In this document: in pieces, positions 22,654-33,509 of the stretch | Position numbering within the stretch: position 1 is the first letter of the stretch | Layout of the letters: each line of letters opens with the position of its first letter | DNA from: TPA_inf: Saccharomyces | Lineage: Eukaryota | Length of the DNA stretch: 64,000 nucleotides | Assembly: GCA_000146045.2 (NCBI GenBank) | Contig: BK006934.2 | Span: 352,001 to 416,000 of the forward strand | Reading direction: 5' to 3' | The notes under the pieces: generated by a model | The model's database searches: none | Seen by the model: only the letters and a program-made list of their open reading frames with translations | What the model was told of the DNA's origin: nothing | Program-made: the position numbers and the translations under genes

Positions 22654-23100
22654 TCATGATTGTTCTTCGTCAGACGAATCTTCGAATATGTCTTCGTCAA
22701 TGACACAGTCGTTCTCCCAAAAGTCATGGGCGAGCTTGCTTAAAACGGCGGCAGCGTTTTGACGCTGCGCTCTACTTGAATCTTTCTCATTAATGTACTC
22801 GTTATACTCTTTAAAAGTTGATCCACTGAGAGATTGTGACTGCGATGTTCTACGTGGAGTATAGTAACTAGCAGGATTGAGCCTCCTGCACTCTTTGAGC
22901 CTCAATAGAGAAGCGATCTCCTCGGAGAGTTTTCTTCCCTTATGCTGGTGACCATCTTTAAGTTGTTTGTGTTGTCCTTGTGAAACTGCTGTTTCCATTT
23001 TGCCGCGTGGAGACATCTGTCCAATTTGCCCCTGGCTCTCTGTAAATACCCATATATGAACGTTATATATATTGTATATTAATGGCGTATATGTGCCCAT
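22654..23100 (-). CDS. SPL2: Phosphate-starvation induced protein with CDK-inhibitor-like features (148 aa)
   Basis: The 148-aa ORF matches SPL2 in size and position. Its promoter carries three CACGTG Pho4 boxes. Confidence 0.8.
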   Translation of the reverse strand: MGTYTPLIYNIYNVHIWVFTESQGQIGQMSPRGKMETAVSQGQHKQLKDGHQHKGRKLSEEIASLLRLKECRRLNPASYYTPRRTSQSQSLSGSTFKEYNEYINEKDSSRAQRQNAAAVLSKLAHDFWENDCVIDEDIFEDSSDEEQS

Positions 23101-23125
23101 GGGAAGTCATAGTAATAGATCTAGG

Positions 23126-23247
23126 CACGTGGCTGCAGTGACTCCGCGCAGGGCTGTACCGCCAAGGTAGATAAGAGAGCGGAGCACGTGGGAAAAGAGA
23201 GATACGGTATGTTACAACAGTCAAAGTAATGAACTTTCGCCCACGTG
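23126..23247. promoter_or_regulatory. Three Pho4 E-boxes (CACGTG at 23126-23131, 23185-23190 as CACGTGGG, and 23242-23247 as CCCACGTG) upstream of SPL2
   Basis: Seen directly. CACGTGGG is the high-affinity Pho4 site type. SPL2 is a known PHO-regulon gene. Confidence 0.7.
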
Positions 23248-23543
23248 CGTACATCATTTACTATCTCAGGCCGCTGCGTTTGGAACTTTACGGCGTTGTA
23301 GTTGTAATTGCCATAACTGCCATGCATTTATGTATATATATTTTCGTACGTAATGAACATGGTTATGTTATATATTGTTTGCAATCAGAGAGAAGTTGAA
23401 GAGGAGAAAAAAAAAAAGAGAGAGCCGTACCGCAATAAAATGGACCCTTGTCGGTCACGTGAGCAAAAATACTATTGCCGCCGACGGCCGTAGATAATAA
23501 CAAAGGAATAAAAAAAAAAAAGCGGTAACTCGCGGAAGCATTG

Positions 23544-23576
23544 CCGATGCTTACCGAGATTTGCCGCGGATAACCG
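23544..23576 (+). promoter_or_regulatory. UAS(ARO): four CCG triplets spaced by 7 bp (CCGatgcttaCCGagatttgCCGcggataaCCG), an Aro80 binding array, upstream of ARO9
   Basis: Seen directly, 130-165 bp upstream of the ARO9 ATG. GATAA motifs (NCR/GATA factors) lie at 23569 and ~23490. Confidence 0.75.
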
Positions 23577-23708
23577 AACCATCATTGGGGTAGGAAACAT
23601 TATAAATATTTGATATATATAAAGGAAAAAGCTTGATTTGGTCTTGTAATATCCCAGTGTAAACATAAAAATACACACATACCACAATTACACTCTCTCA
23701 TCGACTCA

Positions 23709-25250
23709 ATGACTGCTGGTTCTGCCCCCCCTGTTGATTACACTTCCTTAAAGAAGAACTTCCAACCGTTTCTCTCCAGAAGAGTAGAAAATAGATCTCT
23801 GAAAAGCTTTTGGGATGCTTCTGATATCTCAGATGACGTCATTGAGCTAGCTGGTGGAATGCCAAACGAGAGATTTTTTCCTATCGAATCTATGGATTTG
23901 AAAATATCAAAAGTTCCTTTTAATGATAACCCAAAATGGCATAATTCGTTTACCACGGCGCATTTGGACTTGGGATCCCCCAGTGAGCTACCCATTGCAC
24001 GTTCTTTCCAATATGCAGAAACCAAGGGTTTACCCCCTCTCTTACATTTTGTTAAAGATTTTGTGTCCAGAATTAATCGCCCAGCCTTTTCCGATGAGAC
24101 GGAGTCTAACTGGGATGTCATCCTTTCTGGCGGGTCCAACGATTCAATGTTTAAGGTTTTTGAAACAATTTGCGACGAATCGACCACTGTGATGATTGAA
24201 GAGTTTACTTTCACCCCGGCTATGTCCAATGTGGAGGCTACAGGAGCAAAAGTCATCCCCATCAAGATGAACCTGACCTTCGACAGAGAGTCCCAGGGTA
24301 TTGATGTCGAATATCTAACGCAGTTGCTCGATAATTGGTCAACTGGACCATACAAAGACTTAAACAAGCCAAGGGTCCTATATACCATTGCAACGGGCCA
24401 AAATCCTACCGGGATGTCTGTCCCCCAGTGGAAAAGAGAGAAAATTTACCAGTTGGCCCAAAGACACGATTTCCTCATTGTTGAAGATGATCCCTACGGT
24501 TATCTGTACTTTCCTTCCTATAATCCGCAAGAGCCATTAGAAAACCCTTACCATTCTAGCGACCTGACTACTGAACGGTATTTGAATGATTTTTTAATGA
24601 AATCATTCTTGACTTTGGATACAGATGCCCGTGTCATCCGTTTGGAGACTTTTTCTAAAATTTTTGCTCCTGGATTAAGGTTATCCTTCATCGTTGCTAA
24701 TAAATTCCTTTTGCAAAAAATCTTGGATTTGGCCGACATTACTACAAGGGCCCCCAGTGGTACCTCACAAGCTATTGTTTATTCTACAATAAAGGCAATG
24801 GCTGAGTCCAACTTATCGTCCTCTCTTTCTATGAAAGAAGCAATGTTTGAGGGTTGGATAAGATGGATAATGCAGATTGCTTCTAAATACAATCATAGGA
24901 AAAATCTTACTTTGAAAGCCTTATACGAAACAGAATCTTACCAAGCTGGTCAGTTTACCGTTATGGAACCCTCCGCGGGTATGTTCATCATTATTAAAAT
25001 CAATTGGGGGAATTTCGATAGACCTGACGATTTGCCGCAACAGATGGATATTTTAGATAAGTTCTTGCTGAAGAATGGTGTTAAAGTAGTGCTTGGTTAT
25101 AAAATGGCTGTTTGCCCAAATTATTCAAAGCAGAATTCAGATTTTCTAAGACTCACCATCGCCTATGCAAGGGATGATGATCAGTTGATTGAAGCTTCCA
25201 AAAGAATCGGTAGTGGCATAAAAGAATTTTTTGACAACTATAAAAGTTGA
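23709..25250 (+). CDS. ARO9: Aromatic aminotransferase II (513 aa)
   Basis: Class I/II aminotransferase fold with the PLP-lysine region ([12 protein letters not shown]). A UAS(ARO) CCG-repeat array lies upstream. Confidence 0.95.
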
Positions 25251-25354
25251 ACAGTGAAGATTAAACCTATGTGTTATTTGCATATCATATATAAATTGTA
25301 GTTTTTTGTATAAAAGTTGGGAAAAAGTTATAGTCGCGTATATTTTAAATTACT

Positions 25355-25699
25355 CTAAGCAACTAAATGGTCACGGTTTAGAGCATGAACTTCTGAATCC
25401 TTTTCCAAATTGCATTTAGCACCGTACTCGCTTTCAATATAGCTCAAACGTTCTTTCAGACCGTCCAAAATTTGGTCGCTATCAGGTAAGTCCACTGTAA
25501 AGCCCTTTATCAAGCTATATTCGTGTGTTATTTTACCCCCTATGTCCACCACATATTTTTTGACATCTTCAATAATGCTATTCTGGTCCGTAGCCATATT
25601 ATCCGTCTTGGGGAAAGTTACGATGTATGATGATAAGGAAGATGCCTGTGCCATGGAGAATATGCTAATGAAAATCAAAACTAAGTAACTGGCCTTCAT
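25355..25699 (-). CDS. Protease B inhibitor (PBI2)-like protein (114 aa), YHR138C
   Basis: Subtilisin-propeptide/inhibitor I9-like sequence (IVTFPKTDNMATDQNSIIEDVKKYVVDIGGKITHEYSLIKGFTV) behind a signal-like N-terminus. Confidence 0.8.
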   Translation of the reverse strand: MKASYLVLIFISIFSMAQASSLSSYIVTFPKTDNMATDQNSIIEDVKKYVVDIGGKITHEYSLIKGFTVDLPDSDQILDGLKERLSYIESEYGAKCNLEKDSEVHALNRDHLVA

Positions 25700-26120
25700 A
25701 TATATGCTATAGTCTGTTACACAATAGATTTAAATGTTGTAATATAACGAGGAAACGCAACTTATCCATTTGTTCTCTCCATCGCATCGCTTTTTCTTAA
25801 ATACTTTTGCCCCCCACCCCTTTATCCACTTGCGTTTTCCTCTTTTCTTCGCCTCTTTTTGGTAGCGCCGACCGATCTAATCGGAATAATCAAATTTAAT
25901 AGGAACTGAATATTAGAAATTATTGAAGTCAATATACTGTAAAAACTATAAATCCTGTAACGAACATAAAAAAAGAAAACATAAAGGAAGCGCGTGATGT
26001 ATCAGTAACATCACATAGTACAATAAAAAAGAAAGAGAACACTGATAATAACTGTACTGAAGACAAACAATTAGGAAAGTAACGACGATCTTTCTTTCGT
26101 CCAGTCATCATAACAATATG

Positions 26121-26169
26121 TGTTTTTGTTTTTGTTTTTGTTTTTGTTTTTGTTTTTGTTTTTGTTTTT
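26121..26169. repeat. (TGTTTT)8 hexanucleotide microsatellite in the SPS100 3' flank
   Basis: Eight perfect tandem units seen directly, 50-100 bp downstream of the SPS100 stop (minus-strand gene). Confidence 0.9.
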
Positions 26170-26218
26170 ATTTTATTTATTTTTTGCTTATTTTCGTAGT
26201 ACACAACACATAATCATC

Positions 26219-27199
26219 TTATTGTTGACTAACAGGGAAGATTTGTTGTAACTCGCTACTACTTGTGACTTGATTATGGATAGCAATAGACAACAAAGTT
26301 TGCGCTTGGATTGGTGACAAGTACCCAGCAGAAATTGCACCTTGTGGAATACTTGTGTTACTTATGAACCCAATTCCTGAACCATCATGACCACTGGATC
26401 CATCACTTGCATAAACGACAGGGAAGTCGACCGATGTCCATGATGCCACGGTACTGTTGTGACTTGTACCAGAGCTGACAACAACCAAACCTTGGATACT
26501 AGAACTTAGTGATTGAATTAAGCTTTGAGAATATCCTTCTTCGTATATAATTGGAACCAATGGACTGGAGGATGATGAGGATGTATTGGTCCCGGAGGAG
26601 GCATTAGAAGATATTTGTGCGCTCGTAAAATTCGAGTATTGAGTTCTGATTGTGGAGTTGCTGGCAATCAGAGTTGGCTCACAGGCATCAAAGAACCATT
26701 GAACATTCTTCTGACCAGACAAAACGCCCACAGGAACAGTGTAAGGAGGGAAAACACCAGAATACACAACTTTATCTCTACCGGCAACCAAAGTGCCTCT
26801 ACCTTCCGCGTCCGAACTACTCAATATTGGTACACCCCATAAGAAATTCTCAGTAATGACAATGGTCTTTGATGTATTAAAAACGATTGAGCAGAAGAAA
26901 CTCAAAGTTTCAATGGAACGCCAGTTTGTGACGATTATAATGCCGGAAGACGATTCGCTTTGTAAAGTCTGATTAACTTGAGTAGCAATTTGGTAAAGTT
27001 GAGTGATGTTTAAGGTGGAAGTAGAGTTGAATAGCGTTGTGGTAGTAACGTTTGACTGGCTACCAGATACAGCAGGTCCACCCGTGATGATCACGGGGAC
27101 CGTACCGCCGCCAGAAGTAACGTTCTGCCTCTTGTAAAGTGGTGTTGCAGAAGCTGTTAAAGTTGCAAGAAAAAATGCTAGCACTGATGTGAATTTCAT
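26219..27199 (-). CDS. SPS100: Sporulation-specific spore wall maturation protein (326 aa)
   Basis: ORF 26219..27304. The ATG at 27199 gives the signal peptide MKFTSVLAFFLATLTASA. The body is Ser/Thr-rich and secreted, and the length matches SPS100. Confidence 0.85.
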   Translation of the reverse strand: MKFTSVLAFFLATLTASATPLYKRQNVTSGGGTVPVIITGGPAVSGSQSNVTTTTLFNSTSTLNITQLYQIATQVNQTLQSESSSGIIIVTNWRSIETLSFFCSIVFNTSKTIVITENFLWGVPILSSSDAEGRGTLVAGRDKVVYSGVFPPYTVPVGVLSGQKNVQWFFDACEPTLIASNSTIRTQYSNFTSAQISSNASSGTNTSSSSSSPLVPIIYEEGYSQSLIQSLSSSIQGLVVVSSGTSHNSTVASWTSVDFPVVYASDGSSGHDGSGIGFISNTSIPQGAISAGYLSPIQAQTLLSIAIHNQVTSSSELQQIFPVSQQ

Positions 27200-28571
27200 A
27201 ATAGCTGATTGGGTTCTTAGATGTGAAAACTGATCGAAATCAAATACTAGAGCATGATTGATAGGAACAAGAGAAACCAAAAGTGTTTTTAGCTTTCCTC
27301 CCAATTTTTATAGTATTCTAATGAGTAACGTCTTAGGGGAATTTTCAACAAGGCATTTCTAAAAGGGGATGCTAGTTGCACATTCTGAGAGAATCATTTG
27401 TACACGTTTTTCCCTATTTTCTGCTCATAAACCGAGGATCATCAGCGTTAAATGTAATTGCTAAGCCAAGAACTTTTGCTACTCTAACATTACATATTTG
27501 AAGGGTACAGTGAGATTCCCCAACAGGAATTCGCTTCTGTACATCAGCCGGTATTCGCTGAGAACTACTGTAGCCCTTAACTGTTGAATGATCTTTTTCT
27601 GGTAGATCATCGGCTTCTTTTGACGCAGGAAAAGGCCCGTGTCACTTCGGCTTAGCTTCTTTCGGCGATTTTCAAGGGAAGCGTCTGCACCTTAACGCAG
27701 ACAAATGACGCATGATATGCACCCTTAAGGCGGACTTGATCTTCAGATCCCTCAAATGGTAAATGTGCCATAAGGTGGCCAAATTCCAACTAAAAATGAT
27801 AAATAGGTAATGAATTGTTCACTATGCAGCGTTGCCACCGTTACGCCTCCCCCTTATTTTTCATTTCCGTTTCCATCCAGTTTTTCAGCCTCCTTGAACC
27901 CTACCATTAGTAATGGAAGCAATAATCTCATAGCAGCAATTGAAAAAAAAAAAGCATATTCGCTCACATTAAAATAATGAGATAACATGAGATGGCTTGG
28001 AATTATAAGCGTTCGCTGACCTGAAAAAGGCGCGGGGCTAATGGACCCATTCGTTAAAATGACCTTAAGCATCCACACATGCAGAATAAAAGAACTTAAC
28101 CTATTCCTTAGGAAAGTTTATGTATTTGCTGGTACCCTCTTCCTTCTTTGGCCTCTTTTCTGACGTGAATGTCACATGTTAACATTTTTGTCAAATAGCG
28201 TCCATCTATTTGAACAAATGCTATCATTTTTGGGGATACAAATTCTATAAGAGGTTCCTGTTTGCAGCATCTAAAAACAGAGCGTGAAACGCATGCAGAA
28301 GTGACATATAATCCTTTGTTTAAGCGACAATTAAAAATAATGATCGCTCTCTTTTCCTTTTCAGACTTGCTCATTAAATTTGACAAGATCCGCGGATTAG
28401 AGAAGTCTGCGCTTCGCATTTAATGAAAAGATCTCCGATAAGTATATAAGTCCCTTTTTTCTCGAATTATATAAGTCACTTTCTATATGTCAGTGATTAT
28501 CTCTACACTAGTCTTGCTGTATTCTTAGCAAATTTTTCTCGTATTTTAAAACCATAATACAAGGAGAATCC

Positions 28572-29291
28572 ATGATGTCTTGTCTGGTACCAACACGTTT
28601 TACTTTGACCCTTAACACCGCGTGTCTTTTGACGAGCACCTGGGGGTTTGTTAGGGCCACATCTGTAGTCTTACCTCCAAGTTTAAGTAAAGCAGGCCAT
28701 AAACAGTTTCTAACCATTATATCTATTATTGCAACAATCATTAATAACGCGGTTAACATTTCTAATTATTATATCCAAAGAAACAATAAGATGAATCTAG
28801 AAACCAAGAAAAAATCAGACTTTATTAGTAGACATGTCACTTTGCCAGTTTCTTTAGTATTAGAATCTATTGTTGCTACCGTTTATTGGCCGCTTAGATT
28901 GTTTTTTGTCAACTTAATAATGCATGGAGTTGAATCTACTGCAAAGACACCTTTTCCTATGACAGTGGATATGGCAATCCACTTATATCCTATTTTATAT
29001 TTACTAGCCGATCACTACTTATCGGGATCTGGCACGAAATTCAAATTATCGAATAAGCATGCATGGCTCATTGTAACCAGTTTAGCATTTTCATATTTTC
29101 AATATTTAGCATTCCTGATAGATGCGGGGCAAGGCCAAGCCTATCCATACCCGTTTCTAGACGTGAACGAGCCGTACAAGTCGATTATATTTGTTGTTGT
29201 TGCTACTATTACGTGGGCTTATTATGTATTTTATCAAAAGTTTCCGCCAAAATACATCAAGAAGTCGGCAAAGAAAGGTGATAAGAATTAG
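28572..29291 (+). CDS. Putative integral membrane protein (239 aa), YHR140W
   Basis: A 239-aa ORF with several hydrophobic helices. Size and position match YHR140W. Confidence 0.7.
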   Translation: MMSCLVPTRFTLTLNTACLLTSTWGFVRATSVVLPPSLSKAGHKQFLTIISIIATIINNAVNISNYYIQRNNKMNLETKKKSDFISRHVTLPVSLVLESIVATVYWPLRLFFVNLIMHGVESTAKTPFPMTVDMAIHLYPILYLLADHYLSGSGTKFKLSNKHAWLIVTSLAFSYFQYLAFLIDAGQGQAYPYPFLDVNEPYKSIIFVVVATITWAYYVFYQKFPPKYIKKSAKKGDKN

Positions 29292-29539
29292 CATTACTAC
29301 TAGTATACTACTATTTAAGCTCTTTGTATGTAAAGTGAGCAAATCTCAAATTTTGCTACTTAATTCTTATTTTCGTGCTAGCCCTACAACGGAACCCAAA
29401 AAATCAATCACCAGGGTAAGCGGGAAAAAAAAAAAGTGTAGGAACCGCACTATAAAAAGTCGAAGGTTTGTATTAATTTTCCACACCTCTTTAGTTTTGT
29501 TATAATCAAATTCCTTTTGGTTTTTGTTTTAAAAAGGCC

Positions 29540-29727
29540 AACATCATAATTATATCGCGAATGTACTACTAGTATATGCAGTTTTCTTAAAATTGCAGGG
29601 AATGACTAAAAGCCCACGTTTTTCCCACTTTTAGTAGTACTGAAGCGTAGATAGATTGAACGTTGCTGGGCGCCTGGTGTTGATCATTTCTGAAATGAGA
29701 TATTGGGAATCAGCTGTATCTACATTT
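29540..29727 (+). ncRNA. SNR32: Probable H/ACA box snoRNA snR32
   Basis: Intergenic between YHR140W and RPL42B. An ACA triplet at 29722-29724 lies exactly 3 nt before the 3' end I recall for SNR32 (assuming window = chrVIII 352000 + x). I could not confidently pick out the H box by eye. The boundaries come from memory of the locus plus the ACA position. Confidence 0.5.
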
Positions 29728-29989
29728 TATTTATACATATTTATTTTTACTGGTTCTTAGTAACGTACTTTAGTAGCAATGCTGTGTTTTAGTGCGAACG
29801 CCTACGTGTCTTGTTAACTTATCATGGTTGCCAACGCGAACGTTTACAACAGGTTCAAAGGCAGGATGAAAAATTACGCCAAATAGGCAGGTTTTCAATA
29901 TTAAAGAGTTAAGTATGCAAAATTTACAAAAAGTTAATGGTCAAAGTATAACTATAAAAATATAATAAAACAATAAACAATAACAACTC

Positions 29990-30751
29990 TCAGAATTGCA
30001 AAGCTTGACCCTTTTGCTTCTTTTCACCACCCAATTCGAAGTGCTTACATCTCTTCAAGGTTAATTGGGCTCTAGTCTTACATTTGACACATTCCAATCT
30101 CAAAACAACCTTCTTGGTAGTCTTAGCTTTCTTGTGGAAAACAGGCTTGGTTTGACCACCGAAACCAGATTGTTTACGGTCATAACGTCTCTTACCTTGA
30201 GCGAACAAGGAAGCCTTACCAGCTTTGTATTGAGTAACCTTGTGTTGAGTGTGCTTACGACAGGTCTTACCCTTACAGTAGGTCTTTCTGGTCTTTGGGA
30301 CGTTAACTGGTTCAAAATGATATCACAGCAAATTTAGCATGATAGTTGATTGTTAGTAATTGATCTTAAAAAAAAAGTAATTTGACTGCACATGTAATTA
30401 GTTGTATCTTTTTTCTGTAATGGGGAAACGGCTAAATTCACAAATATCTAATGAGTATTACTAATGATATCCTCAATATATTTTCTAACCAGAGTTCTTA
30501 TTAAAAGGGCCAATAAAAGTATCATTCAGGTGTTCAGTACTTTAGGAAATGATGAAAATATTTAACTAGCTCAAAAGTAAATGAAGTTTAATAACTATTA
30601 GTTTCTTGCTTGACATGGATTTGCCCTACGATTCAGGATATTTTAAAAAGTTCTTTAGCATTCTAGTAGTACCTGTGTACTAATTACACTCTCACGCCCT
30701 AATGGAGATAAATAACATGGTTTGTCTATTCCTAATCGTCCACATACCCAT
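29990..30751 (-). CDS. RPL42B: Ribosomal protein eL42 (L44e), spliced: complement(join(29990..30306,30748..30751)), 106 aa
   Basis: Exon 1 is only ATGG (30751..30748), followed by GTATGT (30747..30742). The branchpoint TACTAAC is the reverse complement of 30352-30358, and the 3' splice site cag is the reverse complement of 30307-30309. Exon 2 reads (V)[50 protein letters not shown]...GQALQF. The intron is 441 nt. Confidence 0.9.
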
Positions 30752-31101
30752 TATTACTGATTGTTTTTTTGCTTAATCTCCTTCAATTTACGTTAAAACA
30801 GTGAAAATACCACATCAATTAAGATATACATTGTCAACAATATGGATGTATCTCTGAGTTCATTTCGACGAATAATTTTACCTCTCTTGGTGGAAAGCCT
30901 TCCCTCCCCCTGGCGGAACCCATCATCCCGTCGAACAACTAAACCGTCAGCGTTGCCGCACCGACGGACGTCTCTCTAGAGGTCGTCTCTCCGTCTGAAC
31001 ATACGCACTGTTGGTACGATGCAGCGGCAGTCTGGCCGCATTTTTGACAGCGATCTTTTTTTGTATCAAGACTTCTTCCAATGTCAGGATTTATTTTCAT
31101 G

Positions 31102-31113
31102 ATGTATGGGTGT
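31102..31113 (-). promoter_or_regulatory. Rap1 binding site (ACACCCATACATCA on the gene strand), ~350 bp upstream of RPL42B
   Basis: Plus strand atgtatgggtgt. It matches ACACCCRYACAYM, the standard ribosomal-protein gene promoter element. Confidence 0.7.
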
Positions 31114-31537
31114 ATCGGATGTTCGGATGTCACTGTCTTTTATTTTGAAGTTTGTGACAGAGAATGCTATGGAAAATAATATGTAGCAACATAGCCAACT
31201 AATTGCCATTGCATTAAATTTTGGCAGTACTATTTAAAATGCCATGTTTTATGTTGTTACAGTAAGTTATTGACATTCTTCTGGTGTTGCCCGCTTCGCT
31301 TTCTTAAAACGGTTAAATATTGAAAAAGTTTCACAAGACACGAAATCAAAAAGGATCCATTTTGGTATAAAAATAGCATATTGCATAACTTAACTAAAAA
31401 GATTAAAAAAAGTCAAAGCTACACTGGCATACTTTGAACTGTTTTTTCAAAGCTGTCTCCACGTGGAAAGTTTATTTCATCAAAACTATTATCAAAAATT
31501 GTGGTTTTGTTAATACAAAAGCTGATATATATATAAT

Positions 31538-32488
31538 ATGGCATTTAGTGATTTTGCTGCCATATGCTCAAAGACCCCGTTGCCATTATGTTCGGTAATA
31601 AAGTCTAAAACCCATCTAATACTTTCGAACTCAACAATTATACATGATTTTGATCCTTTAAATTTGAATGTCGGTGTACTGCCACGCTGTTATGCTCGGT
31701 CGATTGATCTTGCCAATACAGTCATCTTTGATGTCGGGAACGCATTCATAAATATTGGTGCTCTAGGTGTCATTTTAATCATACTTTATAACATAAGACA
31801 GAAGTATACTGCTATTGGCAGGTCTGAATATCTCTACTTTTTCCAACTAACATTGCTATTGATAATATTTACCTTGGTGGTAGACTGTGGTGTATCTCCC
31901 CCCGGCTCTGGGTCATATCCATACTTCGTGGCTATACAAATAGGACTGGCGGGTGCATGTTGCTGGGCCTTATTGATAATCGGGTTTTTAGGTTTCAATT
32001 TATGGGAAGATGGGACTACAAAGTCCATGCTGTTGGTCCGTGGAACGTCCATGCTAGGATTCATAGCCAATTTTTTAGCCTCTATTTTAACCTTCAAAGC
32101 ATGGATCACCGACCATAAAGTAGCAACAATGAACGCTTCAGGGATGATTGTCGTCGTTTACATAATAAACGCCATTTTCTTATTCGTTTTCGTTATTTGT
32201 CAATTACTGGTATCCCTATTGGTAGTTCGAAACTTATGGGTCACAGGAGCTATCTTTTTGGGGCTATTTTTCTTTGTAGCAGGCCAGGTATTGGTTTATG
32301 CCTTCTCTACACAAATTTGTGAAGGGTTCAAGCACTACTTAGATGGCCTCTTTTTTGGAAGCATCTGTAATGTGTTCACATTAATGATGGTTTACAAGAC
32401 TTGGGATATGACTACCGACGACGACTTGGAATTTGGTGTAAGTGTTAGCAAGGACGGTGACGTGGTGTATGATAATGGATTTATGTGA
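31538..32488 (+). CDS. CHS7: ER membrane chaperone for chitin synthase III export (316 aa)
   Basis: MAFSDFAAICSKTPLPLCSVIKSK..., a multi-TM protein. Length and sequence match CHS7. Confidence 0.9.
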   Translation: MAFSDFAAICSKTPLPLCSVIKSKTHLILSNSTIIHDFDPLNLNVGVLPRCYARSIDLANTVIFDVGNAFINIGALGVILIILYNIRQKYTAIGRSEYLYFFQLTLLLIIFTLVVDCGVSPPGSGSYPYFVAIQIGLAGACCWALLIIGFLGFNLWEDGTTKSMLLVRGTSMLGFIANFLASILTFKAWITDHKVATMNASGMIVVVYIINAIFLFVFVICQLLVSLLVVRNLWVTGAIFLGLFFFVAGQVLVYAFSTQICEGFKHYLDGLFFGSICNVFTLMMVYKTWDMTTDDDLEFGVSVSKDGDVVYDNGFM

Positions 32489-33069
32489 AATGCTTCTTTT
32501 TTCTATTACCATATATAGAAAATAGGTGTATACTATTAGTTTAATGTAATAAGCAGGACTATGACAAACCAAAGAGTGAAAGTAGCCGTTTCCACGTTTT
32601 AACGGCTTGTGTACACTTTGACAGTCAATCAGCGTAGTGACTTCTTTTATCAGCGGAAACAACCATATCCATAAAAGAAACGTGATGGTCGTTCCCGTAG
32701 TTTATTAAGTAAGATGACAAATTATCCTTCTTTAGTCAATTGAAAACAAAACTTCTTAATCTGTTTCCAATGTTTTAAAGTCGCTCATATGTTCATGACT
32801 ACTTTTCCATGAGAGGGTTCTACGAAAAGCATCATCTTATTTTCGCAACGCTGCGGGTTTAGGCCTTTCCGCTGGTCTCTTTTCTGTTTACAGTTCTGCC
32901 CGAATGTAAACAAATACTTTGCGAAAAGTAAATAATGTATTCTGAAAAAAAAAAAGAGAACTGTGAACAATGCTTGATAGTTGTAGGAATATCTTAGAAG
33001 AAAGGGGATAGATTATCTGGAAAATCGTTTGAATAAAATAAGAACCAGTAATTCATTCGTTTAAATTGG

Positions 33070-33253
33070 AAAAACAAAACATAAAAGAACCAGCAATGTC
33101 TTGGTTGCCTGTTAATGTAAAAAGTTCTCCCAAAAGATGACAGGAAACTCGTTAACTCATACTCGGTATATAAGAGGAAACTTATCTAATGTTTCATTCA
33201 TTCTTCCTCTTCTGCTTATTCGATGTCTATTGAAAAACTTCAAGTAAACCAGC
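33070..33253 (+). promoter_or_regulatory. Two Ace2/Swi5 ACCAGC sites within repeated AACCAGCAAT decamers (33070-33075 and 33248-33253) upstream of DSE2
   Basis: Seen directly, ~440 and ~260 bp upstream of the DSE2 ATG. DSE2 is a known Ace2 target. Confidence 0.65.
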
Positions 33254-33509
33254 AATATCGACTTCCATTAAGTAGACAGCGAGCCTGAAACAAAGAATAT
33301 ACTGTTTCAATTCCAACTAAAGCCACTCCCTCAAGCGTTATTATTTTTTGAATTATATTTTCGGGTTTTAAGCTAACTCTAGTCATTCCTTACTACATTT
33401 TATTGTAACTCTTCAGTAGAGCTAACCACAGTCATTCCTTAATATTTTTTAACACAGATCTCTTTCACAGAGTAGAAATAAAGCCACTCCTTTAACAAAT
33501 TACAAAGAA

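Noticed and set aside
23738-24388. 216-aa antisense ORF inside ARO9, and a 167-aa antisense ORF at 8948-9451 inside YHR127W
   Set aside because: Both lie opposite well-supported coding genes and show no independent signal. This is typical antisense frame persistence.
25929-26204. 91-aa minus-strand ORF containing KTKTKTKT
   Set aside because: It is created by the (TGTTTT)8 microsatellite and is not a gene.
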